The notes below the pieces were generated by a model. It was not told the DNA's origin. It ran no database searches and worked only from the letters and a program-made list of their open reading frames with translations. Positions 12,881-27,110 of a stretch of 64,000 nucleotides of DNA are shown piece by piece; position 1 is the stretch's first letter, and every line of letters begins with the position of its first letter. This DNA comes from Eledone cirrhosa (taxonomy: Eukaryota), in the NCBI GenBank assembly GCA_964016885.1, contig OZ024741.1, positions 220,658,001 to 220,722,000 of the forward strand, in the 5' to 3' direction. The position numbers were made by a program, and so were the translations under genes.

Positions 12881-14719
12881 CTGACTGGATAAAGATGTTT
12901 TTTTTCCGTTTCTCTCTCTTCTCCCTCTATCTTTCTATTTGATCTTTTATTTCTCCTTCCAAAACGTTAAGAATCTTTTCTTATTATATCAAGCATTAAA
13001 CTAATATATTTCTTCTTGTACAGCGATGTTTGCTTTTTTGTTTCCGTTTACGTTTAGCAAACATACGTACATATATATATATATAGAGAGAAAGATAGAT
13101 TTTTTTAAATCACAAACACACATACAGTAATTTCATACACATACATATACATACATGCACCCATACACGCATATACATACATGCACCCATACACACATGC
13201 ATGCACCTATACACACATGCATGCATCTATATACACATACATACACAAGGAGATAGTGTGAAAAATGACTTGGAAATAATACATTAGCATATATTCTGCA
13301 TTAAGAACGAAATCAAAATGGCCGCCATGATTTGTTTGTCATATTACTATTTGTGATGGTGGACGGAAATGTTTGGTACAGAATAGCTTCTTGATTAGTA
13401 TTTAACGACTGCCTAACAGTTTTTGTTTAGTTACTTGGCTTACATAATGGAAATTTTATCTTCTAACTATAGCAATTCTAACTTATCTTTTTCTTCACTC
13501 CACCTCTGTCCTGCCACCTTTCTTTCACCACCTTTCTCTCTCGCCTCCTCTCTCTTTGTATGAATATATATGAAGGCGCATTGATTACTGGTTAGAGCGT
13601 TGTGAGTTCGATATATATATGTATATATATATATGTGTGTGTATGTGTGTCTACAAATAGCACCTGATATATTCATATAAATTATAACTCAACTTAAAAA
13701 CATCGGTTTTTCAGTTATATTATCTCCGACATTAACAATATCTTGCAGTGTCACAAGCCCGGAATTTTGGTAGGACTGACTGATCGATGAAATGAATCTT
13801 ATTACTTGATTGCTGCTTTATGTATCGACCTCGGCTAGATTAAAGCAAAGTTGACCCTTTCATGATGGCTCAATGAGTTATCATTTACGTCACTTTCGCC
13901 ATGCTTACATGAGCTGGACAAAGATTAGTCTAAATGTTATAGGGACTAAAATGTGCGATACTACTTTGACCCCTGATCTTAACTCATGAGTTGATTTATC
14001 AGCAGATAATGTAATGAAATCCTAAAGAGGTATGCTGTATTTTAAAATCTAGATATGGTTGGCTTAGGTCAGATATTCTTTTGGTCAGTACAATCTACTT
14101 AGGTCAGGCTTCTACCTACTACTGGTAGCATCTAGAGCAGCACAACCAGTTTCGTAGTCGAGAGGTAGGCGACAAAACCTGCTCCCCCACCAGACACTGG
14201 TCTAGTGAGGGGGATAAGTGAAACCCCAGCAACATAAAAAGCAAAAGCTGTTAAAAGGGCGGATGAACTCCTCAGAGTTAATTGCCATCCACCCCAACTA
14301 TGGGTTAAATTGCCTCACCAACCCGCAGTTGGCCAGGCGTGGTGAGCTCAGCTTCACTTCTGAAGACATGGACAGAACTAAACAGGGTAGGGGTCCTCCA
14401 GCAGGAAAGAGAAGGCCCTGTATTGATGCTGTATTGATTGTTGTTATATATGGAATGAAACCCCAATTATACCTACGAATAGGTTTAACTTCCAATATAA
14501 GTGAAATATTTCTTTGTTTCATTTGTTTGTTGGCAAGTATTATTGAATACAGTTTTCAGTATTAACAATTCCACAGACACGTGTACTGTTAATGTATCTC
14601 TCAGGGAGAGTTGAGCCAGGAAAAATGAAAGACAAGGTTGATGGATGCTAAAGGGCCATAACTAAATACTACAAATCATTTTGTCCAACGTACTATTTCG
14701 CCAATAAAAATCTCTCTCT

Positions 14720-15060
14720 AGCCTCATCAGGCTGGTGTTTATCCTGGTTCCGTGGTTCCGTGGTTCCGTGGCCGGAATCAACTGAGATTACATGACTCCC
14801 CACTGGACAGGACACCAGTCCAATGTAGGGTAAAAACCTGTCTCGAGCCCGGAGTTTCATCAGACGGGTTTTTATCCCAGTTTCCCAGGTGTGAAGCCAG
14901 TCCATCGCAGAGTTAAACCCCAGCTATAGCTGGTACTCCTTTTCAGCTGAATATACTGGAAGAACGTGAAATGAAATGTTCTACTCAAGAACACAACACA
15001 CATCCGACCACATTATGATCGTAAGTCTGACACCCTTAACACAAAGACAGGCACCTCTAC
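14720..15060 (-). mobile_element. SINE family B, diverged
   Basis: AGCTGGTACTCCTTTTCAGCTGA..CTCAAGAACACAACA parallels 770-845. Confidence 0.6.
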
Positions 15061-15369
15061 TATTCCACTAATATACTGCTCTCATAATTTGATAAACAAA
15101 ATTCTGGTTGGTTCTCTTAATTACGAACCGTAGAGAAATCTAAGACAGACATAAAGGATTAGATAGAACGTTTGAGAAATATTGTCGGGTATTGTCTAAT
15201 GTTCAATTAGATTACAATGCTGTGTTGAGCCAGAAGCATGTATAACGTATGATGTTATTTAATTAATGTCCAATCACGGTTAAGAACACGTGTTGTGTGT
15301 GTGTTTGTATGTGTGTGTGAAATATATGTATATCTAATAAGCTAAATTACATTTATTATATCGCTGAAT

Positions 15370-15756
15370 TATATTTATTGCTAAATCATAATGTTCATTA
15401 TATTTTTTATTTATGTTTATTATATTGCTGAATATTTATCTTATTGCTAAAATATATTTATCGTATTGCTAAAATATATTTATCGTATTGTTAAAATATA
15501 TTTATGGTATTGCGAAAATATATTTATAGTATTGCTAAAATATATTTATCATATAGCTGAGATGTATTTATCATATTGCTAAAATATGTTTATGGTATTG
15601 CTAAAATATATTTATAGCATTGTTAAAACATATTTATCATGTTGCTAAATTTTATTTATTATATTGCTAAAATATATTTATCATATTGCTAAAATATATT
15701 TACCGTATTGCTAAAACATATTGATCATATTGCTAAATTATATTTATTATATTGCT
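15370..15756. repeat. Degenerate 22-bp minisatellite (ATATTTATCATATTGCTAAAAT)
   Basis: Directly visible; lies between two related ~120-bp segments starting TGAGCCAG (~15226, ~15761). Confidence 0.9.
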
Positions 15757-16348
15757 CTGATGAGCCAGTAGCGTATAAGATGTACGATGTTGTTTAAGAG
15801 AGAGACTTCCAATCACTCTTAACAAGACGCGTGTGTGTGTGTGTGTGTGTGTGTGAAACGTGTGTGTGAAACATGCTTATCTAATAAGCCAAACCGCCTC
15901 GATTAAGTTACGTAACGAACAGGGTGGTTAGTTTAGTCTTCTGTTGTTGATGCCATGGAAAGGTTTTTAGAATTCTATGTTTTTTTCTTTGAGAATAATT
16001 TTAGTTTTTCCACAGAATTCAAGCCGTTCACTAACAAAGTGACAAAGCTATTCCATCAATTTCTAAATGTGGGAATTAGTTAGTGTGTTAGTGTGTGTAT
16101 GCAGGTAAGTGTATGTGTGGATATACTTGTTCCTTTTTAATTGAAGTGCATGTGTTTGTAGTGTACGATTGTGTGCAGGTGTGTTTGATTACACATTATG
16201 ATTGTGTGTGTGCGTGTGTGTGTGCGTGTGTGTGTGAGTGTGTGTGCATGGGTGTGATTGTGAGTCGATGGTTCTTTCAAGAAATTTAAATAAGGAATAT
16301 GTATTATATGCAAATTAATATGTCCTTTTCAGAATAACACTACGTGAA

Positions 16349-16407
<59 letters not shown>

Positions 16408-17199
16408 CTGTTGAAAGAGCTCAGCCCTCGGTGTCCCGAATCTTTCATATATATATATATACTAGCTGACGTACCCAGCTTCGCCCGGGTAAAGGGATGA
16501 TAAGAGAAGACAGGTAAAAGAGAAAATGACTGTATTGGATGTTTGTCTGGTTACAGTATGAGTTGAGTCCGTGGTATCTGTGCGATACCATAAACAGTAA
16601 AAAAAAATCTTCCAGATATACCAGATTCTTCGTCGTACCGTTTGTGCATGGTATATGAACAATTCTAGATGCTCCCACCTAGAATAGTGACCTCTAGGAG
16701 ATGGTTCATCTTCTGCCTGACTGTAAGACGTGTATCATTGCATAGACGTGGTTGTACCACGTTTCTCAAAAGGATGATGGAAGTTCCAATCTTTTATATT
16801 ATATGTAGATATATATATAGATAATTAATATAAAAGATGTCCGTCAATGTAAAAAAGGTCCCTATTTACTTGAAATGGTTTATACAAATGCTAAATTAAT
16901 ATGGATATGGATAACATGCTTATCTATAAGTGGTCAGCTATAATAATAAAACAACAAATTATATGACACAAAAATTTATTCAGTAATTTCCAGGCTCTTA
17001 GCCACTGAGTCAATATTGCCCAGAGTTCAACTCGGGGAGGTGGCCTGGTTTGAACTCCAAATGGCGGATCCTTCTACTTCGAAAATAGAATCGTTTTTCA
17101 ATATTACTCTAGCCCTGGCCGGCCATAGGCACCAAACATTTTTGCCAGACTCAGCATATGATGAGGTTTTATTACCACCGCTATCAGAAGCGATAAATT

Positions 17200-17548
17200 T
17201 GAAGGCAATTTCTACCAATACTTGATGGATTTTATTGCTCATTATCGACAATAAATGACATTGAACAGAAATGATAACTCTGTCAAAGCTCAAAATACTG
17301 ATCAAAGGACACCAATGTCTGAATCATTTACGTCGAATATTCATAGCAGTGAAGGCAATTTCTACCAACACTTGTTGGTATTTATTGCGCAACATAGCAG
17401 TGAAAGCAATTTTTACCAATACTTGTTTGATTTTATTGCTCATAACGACATTAAATGACATTGAACAGAAATGATAACTCTGTCAAAGCTCACAATACTG
17501 ATCAAAGACACCAATGTCCGAATCATTTACGTCGCTTATTGATAGCAT
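17200..17548. repeat. Tandem duplication (~200-bp period) downstream of the RepHel stop
   Basis: AAATGACATTGAACAGAAATGATAACTCTGTCAAAGCTCA occurs at ~17253 and ~17453. Confidence 0.9.
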
Positions 17549-17564
17549 TAAAGATATGCATACA

Positions 17565-20500
17565 TCAGCTCAAAGCTTCATTATAGACAATATTCAGGGT
17601 TGTTCCTCTGTTAGTGGTATCAATTTCAAATTTTATACCATCAGGATCGCACACTCGAGATGCAGCAACATGGCTGGATGCTAGATCATTCAAGTAGACA
17701 CCGACTAGCTTGAAAGTCTGTCCCTGTGCCTTGTTGAATCATGGAGAAGGCCAAATTGACGGGAAACTGTCTCCTTTGCCAAATGAATGGCAGCAGATCT
17801 TCACTTGGTCTCAGCATGATCCTCGGAATGAGAACCGATTTCTCTCTACCTGGGAGTTTAGCTTCTAAAACTCTTTCGTTAATCAATCTCTCAACAATCA
17901 ATCTGGTACCATTGCAAAGACCCATTTTATGATTGATATTTCTAAGCAATATAATCGGCATACACTTTTTCAACCTCAAATTATGTGGGGGAAATCCGGG
18001 TATTTGAAGTGAATTCAGATACTCAGTCGCAACATCCATATTGTTCTGCTGGTTAGGCTCCATTGCATCCGCACTGACGGTCAACCATTCCTCTCCAGGA
18101 AACATTCCGGCTACTTGTGAATTTATTTCATCGACCGTTGCATTCATATGAGTTAGAATAACGCGTTCTGATATCCAGGAGATATTCTGCCAAAAAGCAT
18201 TCAAATTAGGGAACACACAGTCAATCAATGCTTGGCGGTCCAGTGGCATGACCAAATAGTCTGGGATTCTTACAGTCTGATTATCACCAATGTGTGGCAA
18301 TTCATCTTTTCCCAACTGCATCAACCATCGGCTGTATGTCTCAGCCTCTTCGTTTTGCCCGAACATACGAAGTCGCATATTATCGTGTAATCGCAAAACT
18401 CTGAAATGGCGCCACAACGGGGACTTTTTCAGACATGCATTGACAATTTGCGCTCTTTGAGCATTCCTAACAATTGGTAGCACCTGTCTGAAATAGCCAC
18501 CAAGAACGATAGTCTTACCACCGAATGGAAGGTCAATACCGCAGATATCTCTCAAAGTTCTGTCCAATGCCTCCAGCAAATATCTGTGTGCCATTGGAGC
18601 CTTGTCCCAAATAATCAGAGACGTATTGCGTATAAGCCCCGCGAGTTCACTTTGTCCTGTAATGTTACAGACACTCAACTCATCCGGAGCCAATGGAACC
18701 TTGAAGCATGAGTGGAACGTCCTTCCCCCACTCAGCAAAGTGGCAGCGATCCCACTGGTGGCCACAGGAAGAGCAATCTTCCTCTGAGCTCTGACTGCCG
18801 ATAACATAGTGTTGAAACAGAATGTCTTTCCGGTGCCTCCTGGAGCATCTATGAAAGCACAAAGTTGCTCATTAGTGGAAATCGAGTGGAGAACACCATC
18901 GACCAATTCTCTCTGAGATTGGGTCAACATTGGCATACGTTCAGCCACAATACGTTGCTGTTCCAGTGGATCAAACTGGAATAGTTCCCTCCGATCGAGT
19001 GGCAACCGTCTAAGCTGCAATCTCATGTGCAATGCTAAGGCACGTTGCCGCATTTCTTCATCAGGAATTGGCAAATTGAAATCTGTTAAACATTTGAAAT
19101 GAACTTCATGCAGTTGCTCAATATTGAGCAAAACAATAGCTTTCATCAAATTTTCATCATCGACCTGAAGATGATGCCTAAAATCATCAGCCATAATTCC
19201 CCAATGGCATTCAAATAACTCTATTGGATCGGCAGGATTGCAGAATCCTAGAATCGTGACAAACAACTGCCTTATTTGAGCTGGCATCTGTGTTGTTCAT
19301 GCAGCTTCCATGACGTTATTCCTTTCAGCGTCATCCTGAAGGAGTCCCAGATGCTGACACACAGCCTGGTATGTTTCATATTCCACGCCATTGATTGTTT
19401 TCAAATCATCGAAGCTCTATCTACCTCTCGAAAAATCATTATGTAACAGAATTCGGAGATAAAACACATCAGTAGATTCTGGATGGACAGTACAAACCCG
19501 CCCAATAGTCATGAATCTCAACTTTTGTTTTCTATCATTCCATTTCTTTCCCTTCTTATCCCATGTATAGTGTGAAGGGAAATCGCAGTAGAGTTGCCTT
19601 TGATCCGAGTTCAAAGCATGTTCCCTATTATGCTTGAACCACTCAGTCAATTCCGTCTTAGGAGGTGGTGCGTTAGCAATTCTTTCGACACTTCTTCTAG
19701 TGTCCTGAAAACGGACCATTTGCCTATTCTCTAAGTGAACCGTCAGTTTCTGAACGCTGGGCTTGCGTTCATTGAGATCAACATCGAACAATCTCCAGCA
19801 AGCTTCGCTAGATCCAATCGAGCGAACATCCTGGAACCTGCCAACTTCATCTCCTTGGTTCGCTTCCTCATTCCTGACATTTATCATTGCCCGATCATGA
19901 CCTTTGTAAACATATTTGAATAGATATTTGCAAGCTTTCACTGAGCTACAAATTTCCACATTAATATGACAACGATATTTCATAATCAAATATGGATTGT
20001 ATGGCACAACCCATTGATTTGTAACCTGTCGACCGTTTACATTTTCGACCAAACCGCCATCTGCAGGCGACCGTCTTCTGTATGAGGGATGAGCCTCCCC
20101 ATCGTTCCAGGAAGTGTTCGTGACAAAAGATTTCGGAAAGTGCTTACTGCATTGGCCATTTTTCATGCATGGCGCTTTCCGATTTGCCACCAAATTGCGT
20201 AGTGCCTCATTCTCCGGCAGTTCAGCACACACAATGCTGTCAACATCCTCAGCACATCTCAATTTGCAATCTCTATGTAAAATGATCAGCAAATGTGCAT
20301 GTGACAATCCTCTTTTTTGGAATTCAATTACGTATGTAAAAGCAACTATACCTCCTAAGATTCCCTCTTTATCCACATCATCCATTATCTTTTTCAGATA
20401 TCCTTTGAATACTCTTGCCACAATATCAAAACGGTCCTTTGGCTGTTGTCCTTGCGAAAGTGCATCCTTAATATCAGTCCATTCAGGATTGCATGTAACC

Positions 20501-22090
20501 GTTATAAACAAATCTGGCTTTCCAAACTTTCTGACAATAGCCATTGCATCCTGATAGCGAATGTTCATATATCTCGGGAGGCTGATGAACGACGATGGCA
20601 AAATGATGCGTCGACCAATTTGCTTGTAATTGGCATCATCGGCTGTTATCGCATCCTGTATATTATTATACAATTCAGCTCTGATATGTTGCTGATGTGT
20701 AGCTATATAATTTAGCCTTTGATTTTCGATCTTTGCGAATTCCATACAACAGTATTCCTGGAACAATCTGCTGGCTTGAAATAGCGCATTCCTCTGTTGA
20801 TTTCTCTCGTTCAAATGGAACGCGCAAAAGTCGCAAATCGAATTATTGTGTCTATTGCCACCTTCCTGTTGATGCTGATTCTCATGATCATCTAAATGAA
20901 CGGACATGTTCCATCCATTTTCACATTTTGGGAATAAAAGAACATAATGATCGTAGGCACTATTTGACTCATTGGTAGTCTTGAGACCACCATCTCTGCG
21001 ATTGAGGACGATATCTTTCGATCCAGGCTTATCGTCCATCAACACAGCAACTTCACGAAATCCTTCAGGGGCTTTATATCACCGTTCGTGTTGATTCCTT
21101 GGCACTGCGTCAGCCTTAATCACCAATGTTTGCTGCTGAACATTTTGCAGTTCAGCCACCAACATGAAATCCATAACATAAGGATTACACTGTCTAAGCC
21201 ATGATTGCAAATCACGGATCAAATCACTTAATTTTGCCGTTCAAGTTCAGTTATATTTCCCGGCAACTTCATCCAACCAATCCTGATATCCTCCTCCGAT
21301 TCACTATAATCTGGATCGTTAATGTAAACTTGAGGGAATCGAGGCCTCTCTCCTGGAGTAACTGCTAAATTACCGATACAATGATACAAACGGCCTTGAA
21401 TGACTACATTCGGTTGCCATGCTCCACTCTCAAACATCTCACTAACTCTCTGCGATGCTAAAGCTAATGAATTTTTAATTTGCCGCGAATATTTGCGCAG
21501 TAATCTACCTCGGTCTCCTTGATCACCCCACATACTTAGTATTTTAAACTGCGGTGACTCCTCATCATCCGGCATTCGCAAGGGTTCTAGTTGAACTGCT
21601 CCTTTATGACAGCACATTGTGGTCCACGTCTTTTCGTGTCTCCAAAGCAATGCTCCACAATGCGGACACTCTGCTCGTCCACCAATCTGAAAATGTCACG
21701 GTTGCCATGATCCATTTTTAATATCATTAGTTCGCCTTCTAGCCTCTTTACTGGAATGAGGAGCACTTTGGCGACACATTTACTGAACTTCTGTATTGCG
21801 CGGGTGTTGTTCAGCCAGCTTCTCTTCATCCATCGCTGCACGCTGTTGCTGCTCAATTCTGGCCATCTGCTGATGATGCTCAGCCAGTTCGTCTTCAACC
21901 ATCGCAGCACGCTGTCGCTGCTTGGCTCCAGTGTTTCGTTGGCATTGTTCATGGCGGCACGTCTTCACCTCTGAAGTTCGGCGTTCCGATGGCGCTGTTC
22001 TGCCCGTTTTTCTTCATTGATGGCTGCACGCCGTCGCCGCTGTAGTTCACTGTTTGATAAAGTCGAATTGCTTTTATTATCAGTATTCAT
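17565..22090 (-). pseudogene. Helitron RepHel (HUH Rep + PIF1-family helicase), disrupted by stops and frameshifts
   Basis: CPHC..CC Zn motif; Rep motifs DLFITVTCNPEW, EFQKRGLSHAHLLI, YLFKYVYKG; helicase DAPGGTGKT, IIWDKAPM, GYFRQVLP, GLCNGTRL, RRQFPVNLAFSM; after a frameshift ends TLNIVYNEALS* at 17565. Confidence 0.95.
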
Positions 22091-22690
22091 TTCGAGCAAT
22101 TATCAAAAAATGACACAATAATAAATATAAAAGATGTCCGTCAATGTAAAGAAAGGTCCCTATTTACTCCCTTCACAACTCTGTGTATGTTAGATTGACA
22201 GACAGGCACACAGACAGATAAACTGCGTGGCGATTGTGGAACGCCCACTCATACACGCATGGAAACGCGCACACGCACGCAAACTTACACACGCACACAC
22301 TCACACATGTTGATAGTGTTTACTTTCTGTGGAACGCTGCACGCACGCACATACACATAAACATACGCGCACGTACATACACACGCACACATGTTAATAG
22401 TTATTGCTGTCCTTCCGCTCTTATTTCCACACACACACATGTCTCTACACTGACACATATACATAGTGTATCCAAACACAGCGTTTACTTTGCCTCTCTC
22501 CCCTGTCACTCCCTCATTGGCATTATGCATATTAATTTAAGTTTGGCGTCGTTGAGGTGGGCGGAGTTGTTTGAAACCTATGAACCAATGATAATCGAGA
22601 ATTATGACACACGGAATACTGACATTGTTCAAATTAATATATAGATATATCAAATACATGTTTCCTTGTGTTTGATTGGATGATATATAT

Positions 22691-22735
22691 GTCTTCTGAT
22701 GAGGATCCAATTAGATCAGAAAATCGATTAAAAGT
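22691..22735 (+). ncRNA. Hammerhead-like motif
   Basis: CTGATGA-g-gatc-caatta-gatc-a-GAAA-atcgat-TA; palindromic stem III, weak stem I. Confidence 0.55.
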
Positions 22736-22757
22736 GTTTATCATTATTTCGATTAAC

Positions 22758-22915
22758 AGCGGCATAGTTATGGCCCTTTACGATCTGAGTTCAAATCCCA
22801 CTGAGGTTAGCTTTATCTTTCATCTTTATGAGATCGATAAAATAAAGTACCAGTAATGCACTGGGCACGATTTAATCGACTTTCCCCTTCCCAAAAGTGT
22901 TGGCCTTGTGTCTAA
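22758..22915 (+). mobile_element. SINE family A, 5'-truncated
   Basis: CCCTTTACGATCTGAGTTCAAATCCC..GATAAAATAAAGTACCAGTAATGCACTGG..GGCCTTGTGTCTAAA. Confidence 0.75.
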
Positions 22916-23149
22916 ATCGTATTTTCTGTCATGTTTAGATGCCTACATATTACAAATGTGTATAGTTATATACACATTGCTACAGTCTCGGTTACACACT
23001 CTGTATTTATACAGATATAACTTTATCATAAACTCCGGCTGCTAGCACACTTCTTATTCAACGTCTTTCCTTCCTTTCTGGCGTGTGAGTTGGATACTAT
23101 TTCTAACATAGTGAAAGCGCATGTATTTATGTTCAGTGTATTTGTCTGA

Positions 23150-23431
23150 CGATAGTATGGTTGTGAGTTCGGTATCCGGTGGCGTGTTGTGTCCTTGAGC
23201 AAGACACTTTATTTCACGTTGCTCCGGTCCACTCAGCTGACAAAAGTGAGTTGTACCTGTAATTCGAAGGACCAGCCTTGCCGCATTGTGTGTCACGTCG
23301 AATCTCCCCGAGAACTACGTTAAATGTACGCGTGTTTGTGTAATAATCAGCCACTTCCACGCTAATTTCTCGAGCAGGCTGTTCCGTTGATCGTATCAAC
23401 AGGAATACTCGTAGTCGTAACCGATGGAGTG

Positions 23432-23493
<62 letters not shown>
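23150..23493 (+). mobile_element. SINE family B with (CTA)n tail
   Basis: GGTTGTGAGTTCG..GTTGTGTCCTTGAGCAAGACACTTTATTTCACGTTGCTCC. Confidence 0.75.
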
Positions 23494-24072
23494 GTTTCTA
23501 ACAGATCGTACAAACTCATACAGGTTCGCTCATTACCTCATAGCTCCCATGAATTGTTAGATGGTTGAACAAATATTAATTATTCCATTAGGATAGACCT
23601 GGAAATAAACAATAATTATGCTAAGCTATTTAACAAAAGACAAAGCTCGCCATTAAAGGGAACAAAAAATGGCAATGAAAAGACGAGAAAGAAACAAGAT
23701 GGTTGATATTTCCTATTTAAAAAATAACCTCTTCATACTCTATCAAAGAGTGTTTGGAAAGGTGACTTATGCTAATGATAAGGAGAATAATTAGTTATAA
23801 TAATTTACTTTAATAAATTACTGTAATCTTGACAGTGTTTTGTATGATGGTTATACTGTACTGCAGGATATATATAGAGACATTTATAACCAATAATGTA
23901 TGTATAGACAGATGTAAACATCTTCTCTGTATATAAACTATATATATATACTGACTTTTGTGTTTACATTCCCCTGCCAATACAGTTTAGGCTAAAACTT
24001 AATAGATATATTGTGTAGAACAACATATCATTGTAATAATCTTTTTGTCACAGGCACACAGACGCATACATA

Positions 24073-24112
<40 letters not shown>

Positions 24113-24170
24113 AACACACATATACACACTCACACAAACACATTTACACTCATATATATATATGTGTGTG

Positions 24171-24239
<69 letters not shown>

Positions 24240-24604
24240 CAACACACACAGTTACACATACACATACACACGCACAATACGCATACAAGTCGACTTTACT
24301 TCTACATTCCTTGAAGTGAAACTCCCTTTACAAAATTAAATAAATATAGCATAGAAAAACAAGGGAATTGCAACAGCAGGAATATCAAATTATACAATTA
24401 TTGCTTCAAATAACTAGAATCCAATTGAAACAGTCAAGCGTGATTTCAGCCAATCAGAAGGCTCCAAATGTTTTCCGCCATTATGGTGTAGAAGAACATA
24501 AGACAAACAAGAGAAAAATTTGCTAAAGCATTGGAACGTTTTTTAGGTTCCTCCGTCTACATATCATCTGTATATACACACGTGTATGTATGTATGTATG
24601 TATG

Positions 24605-24680
<76 letters not shown>

Positions 24681-24851
24681 ACATAGGTGTATATAAATAT
24701 ATAGATGTGTGTGTGTATATACATATATATGTATATACATGTTTATATATATATGTATGTATATACATCTATGTATATATATGTATATACATACATATGT
24801 ATAAACATGTATATACACACACACACACATATATATTTATATACAAGTATG

Positions 24852-24896
<45 letters not shown>

Positions 24897-25008
24897 TATA
24901 TATATATATGAATAAATGTATTTGTATTTATATAGATATATGAGATATATATTGATACATGCATAATTATATATATACACAAATATATTTAAATATATGT
25001 AGATGCAA

Positions 25009-25104
<96 letters not shown>

Positions 25105-25998
25105 GAACACGTATGTGTGTTTGTCTATATATAGCTGTGTGTTTTATAAACGATATCAAATTACACGACAATAGGATAGGAGATATGCAAAAATATACAT
25201 TCTTCTTCGGAAGGTTTCGAATGGAATTGCTTTAAAAATGTCTTGAATTATCTCGATATGTTGATAAAGAAAAAAACTGGCTGTTTACATAAAACCATTC
25301 CTACATTTCTATTAAGAATTCTGCTTTTAAAGTTTGCGACCATTTTGTCAAAATGTCTTCTCCTTTTTCTGCTATGCTCCTCTTATAATTCTTCGTCTCG
25401 TCGTGGTTGCTTCTGTTGCTATTATTGATTTTCTTCTTTTTTCTTCATTTTCTTCTTCTTGTCTTCTTTTTCTTCTTTTTCTGTTATCTTTCTTTTACTT
25501 CTTATTCTTCTTATTATCTATCTCCTCCTCTCCCTCATCAACCACCACCACCACCTCCCACCCACCCCTCATCAGCCACCACCTCCCCTTCATCGGTCAC
25601 CCCTCCCCCATCAGCCACCACTACCACCTCCTTCTCCCCCCCCTCATCAGACACTGCTACCGCCACCACCTCCTTCTCCCTCCTCATCAGCCACTACCAC
25701 CACCTCCCCCTCATCAGCCGCCACCGCCACCACCACCACCACAACTATCTCCACTCCCCTCATCAGCCACCTCCTCATCCGCCTCCCCCTCATCGGCCAC
25801 CAGCTCATCATATATAGATATATCCAGGGAGTGCAACTTGGAGTTACTGTAGGGTGAGCACTCGATGATTAGGTTCACTCCTGTGTCGAGGTGTAGAGCT
25901 AGACAGAGTGTATTATAGTAAAATAAATCCGCACTCCATACTTTATTATAGTTTATATATATATATATAGTTATGTAATAAACAACATAAAATAATTA

Positions 25999-26060
25999 TT
26001 TCATTTACCAGTGGTTTCTTGAAGACAGATGCTGTGTCTGTCTTCAGTCGTCAGAATGAA
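25999..26060 (-). ncRNA. Type I hammerhead ribozyme (left pLTR arm)
   Basis: ttcatt-CTGACGA-ctgaagacag..ctgtcttcaa-GAAA-ccactgg-TA-aatgaa. Confidence 0.8.
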
Positions 26061-26167
26061 TAAAAAACATGGGGTTTTTTTTTTTTTATTAAATATGGAT
26101 TTGAAAGCAAAATTGAGGAATTATGAAAGTGAGGCTGAAAAAAAACGGGCTAAAAGGAAATAGGGCA

Positions 26168-26207
<40 letters not shown>

Positions 26208-27056
26208 TAAATAGCCAGAACGTAAACATACACACACTCAACTACACGCATATACCTAATAGTACGTAGACATACTTTCTCAGATAAGGGTATTTGCGTC
26301 TACAAAGAGATACGGACAGAATCATAAATGCACACACATACATATACACAAATATATACATAAATACATACACATACACATACACAGATATATATGCACT
26401 CACAAACTGGGAAGTAGTAAGGGAGCAGGAATAATTAATAAATAAATAAGAACAAAAAATACAATATATATATATATATATGTAATATAAAATCAAAAGA
26501 TTGTTAAAAGAGTTCCATGTATTTTATTATGCGCATTTCAAAAACAAATATCATCGCAAGTGTTTTTTATGCTTCATATCATGTCTCCCTATTTTATCTG
26601 ATAAGAACGCAAATATCATCCCATGATGATATTTGTTATTGAAATGCGCATAATAAAACACATGGAACTCTTTTAACCATCTTTTGATTTTAAATTATTT
26701 ATACTCCAGTCCTATAAACTGTTGAGTGCTACTTATCCGAGTTTGCATTGCTTTATTGTGCTACAATAAAACTCACCTCCTACATATATATATATATAAG
26801 AAAGTAAAAATCAAAATCAAAAATCAAAATAAAGTAAAAAAAAAGGGGGACGTGTTGACAATGATAGGTTTGAGTGTGTGGGGGAGAGGGGGAACTTAAA
26901 TATAAGCAAATACACAAGATATGCATATACAAATACACATACATATACATATTTACATGCATATATACCTATACACACATGCAAACACACACACACGTAT
27001 ATGTATATATATACATATAAAAAATAAAAATACGTACACATACACATATATGTGCA

Positions 27057-27110
<54 letters not shown>

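Larger units (their letters stand above)
16462..22645 (-). mobile_element. Helitron (autonomous-type, decayed; possibly composite)
   Basis: Minus-strand 5' A|TCTATATATTAA at 22645; 3' hairpin ACCCGGGCGAAGCTGGGT (16473-16490) then CTAG|T at 16462-16465; RepHel coding sequence inside. Confidence 0.85.

Noticed and set aside
13315-13330. YY1-like CAAAATGGCCGCC (also CRE TGACGTCA ~3641, CCAAT ~24450)
   Set aside because: Isolated short motifs without an associated gene; expected by chance
14050-14430. Possible RTE LINE 5' UTR / 115-aa ORF
   Set aside because: Only a vague resemblance; no recognisable protein motif
15757-15800. CTGATGAG as a hammerhead start
   Set aside because: No matching stem II or GAAA downstream
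25334-25857. Pro/His/Thr-rich ORFs
   Set aside because: Low-complexity CCA/CCT sequence open in all three frames; no splice or domain evidence
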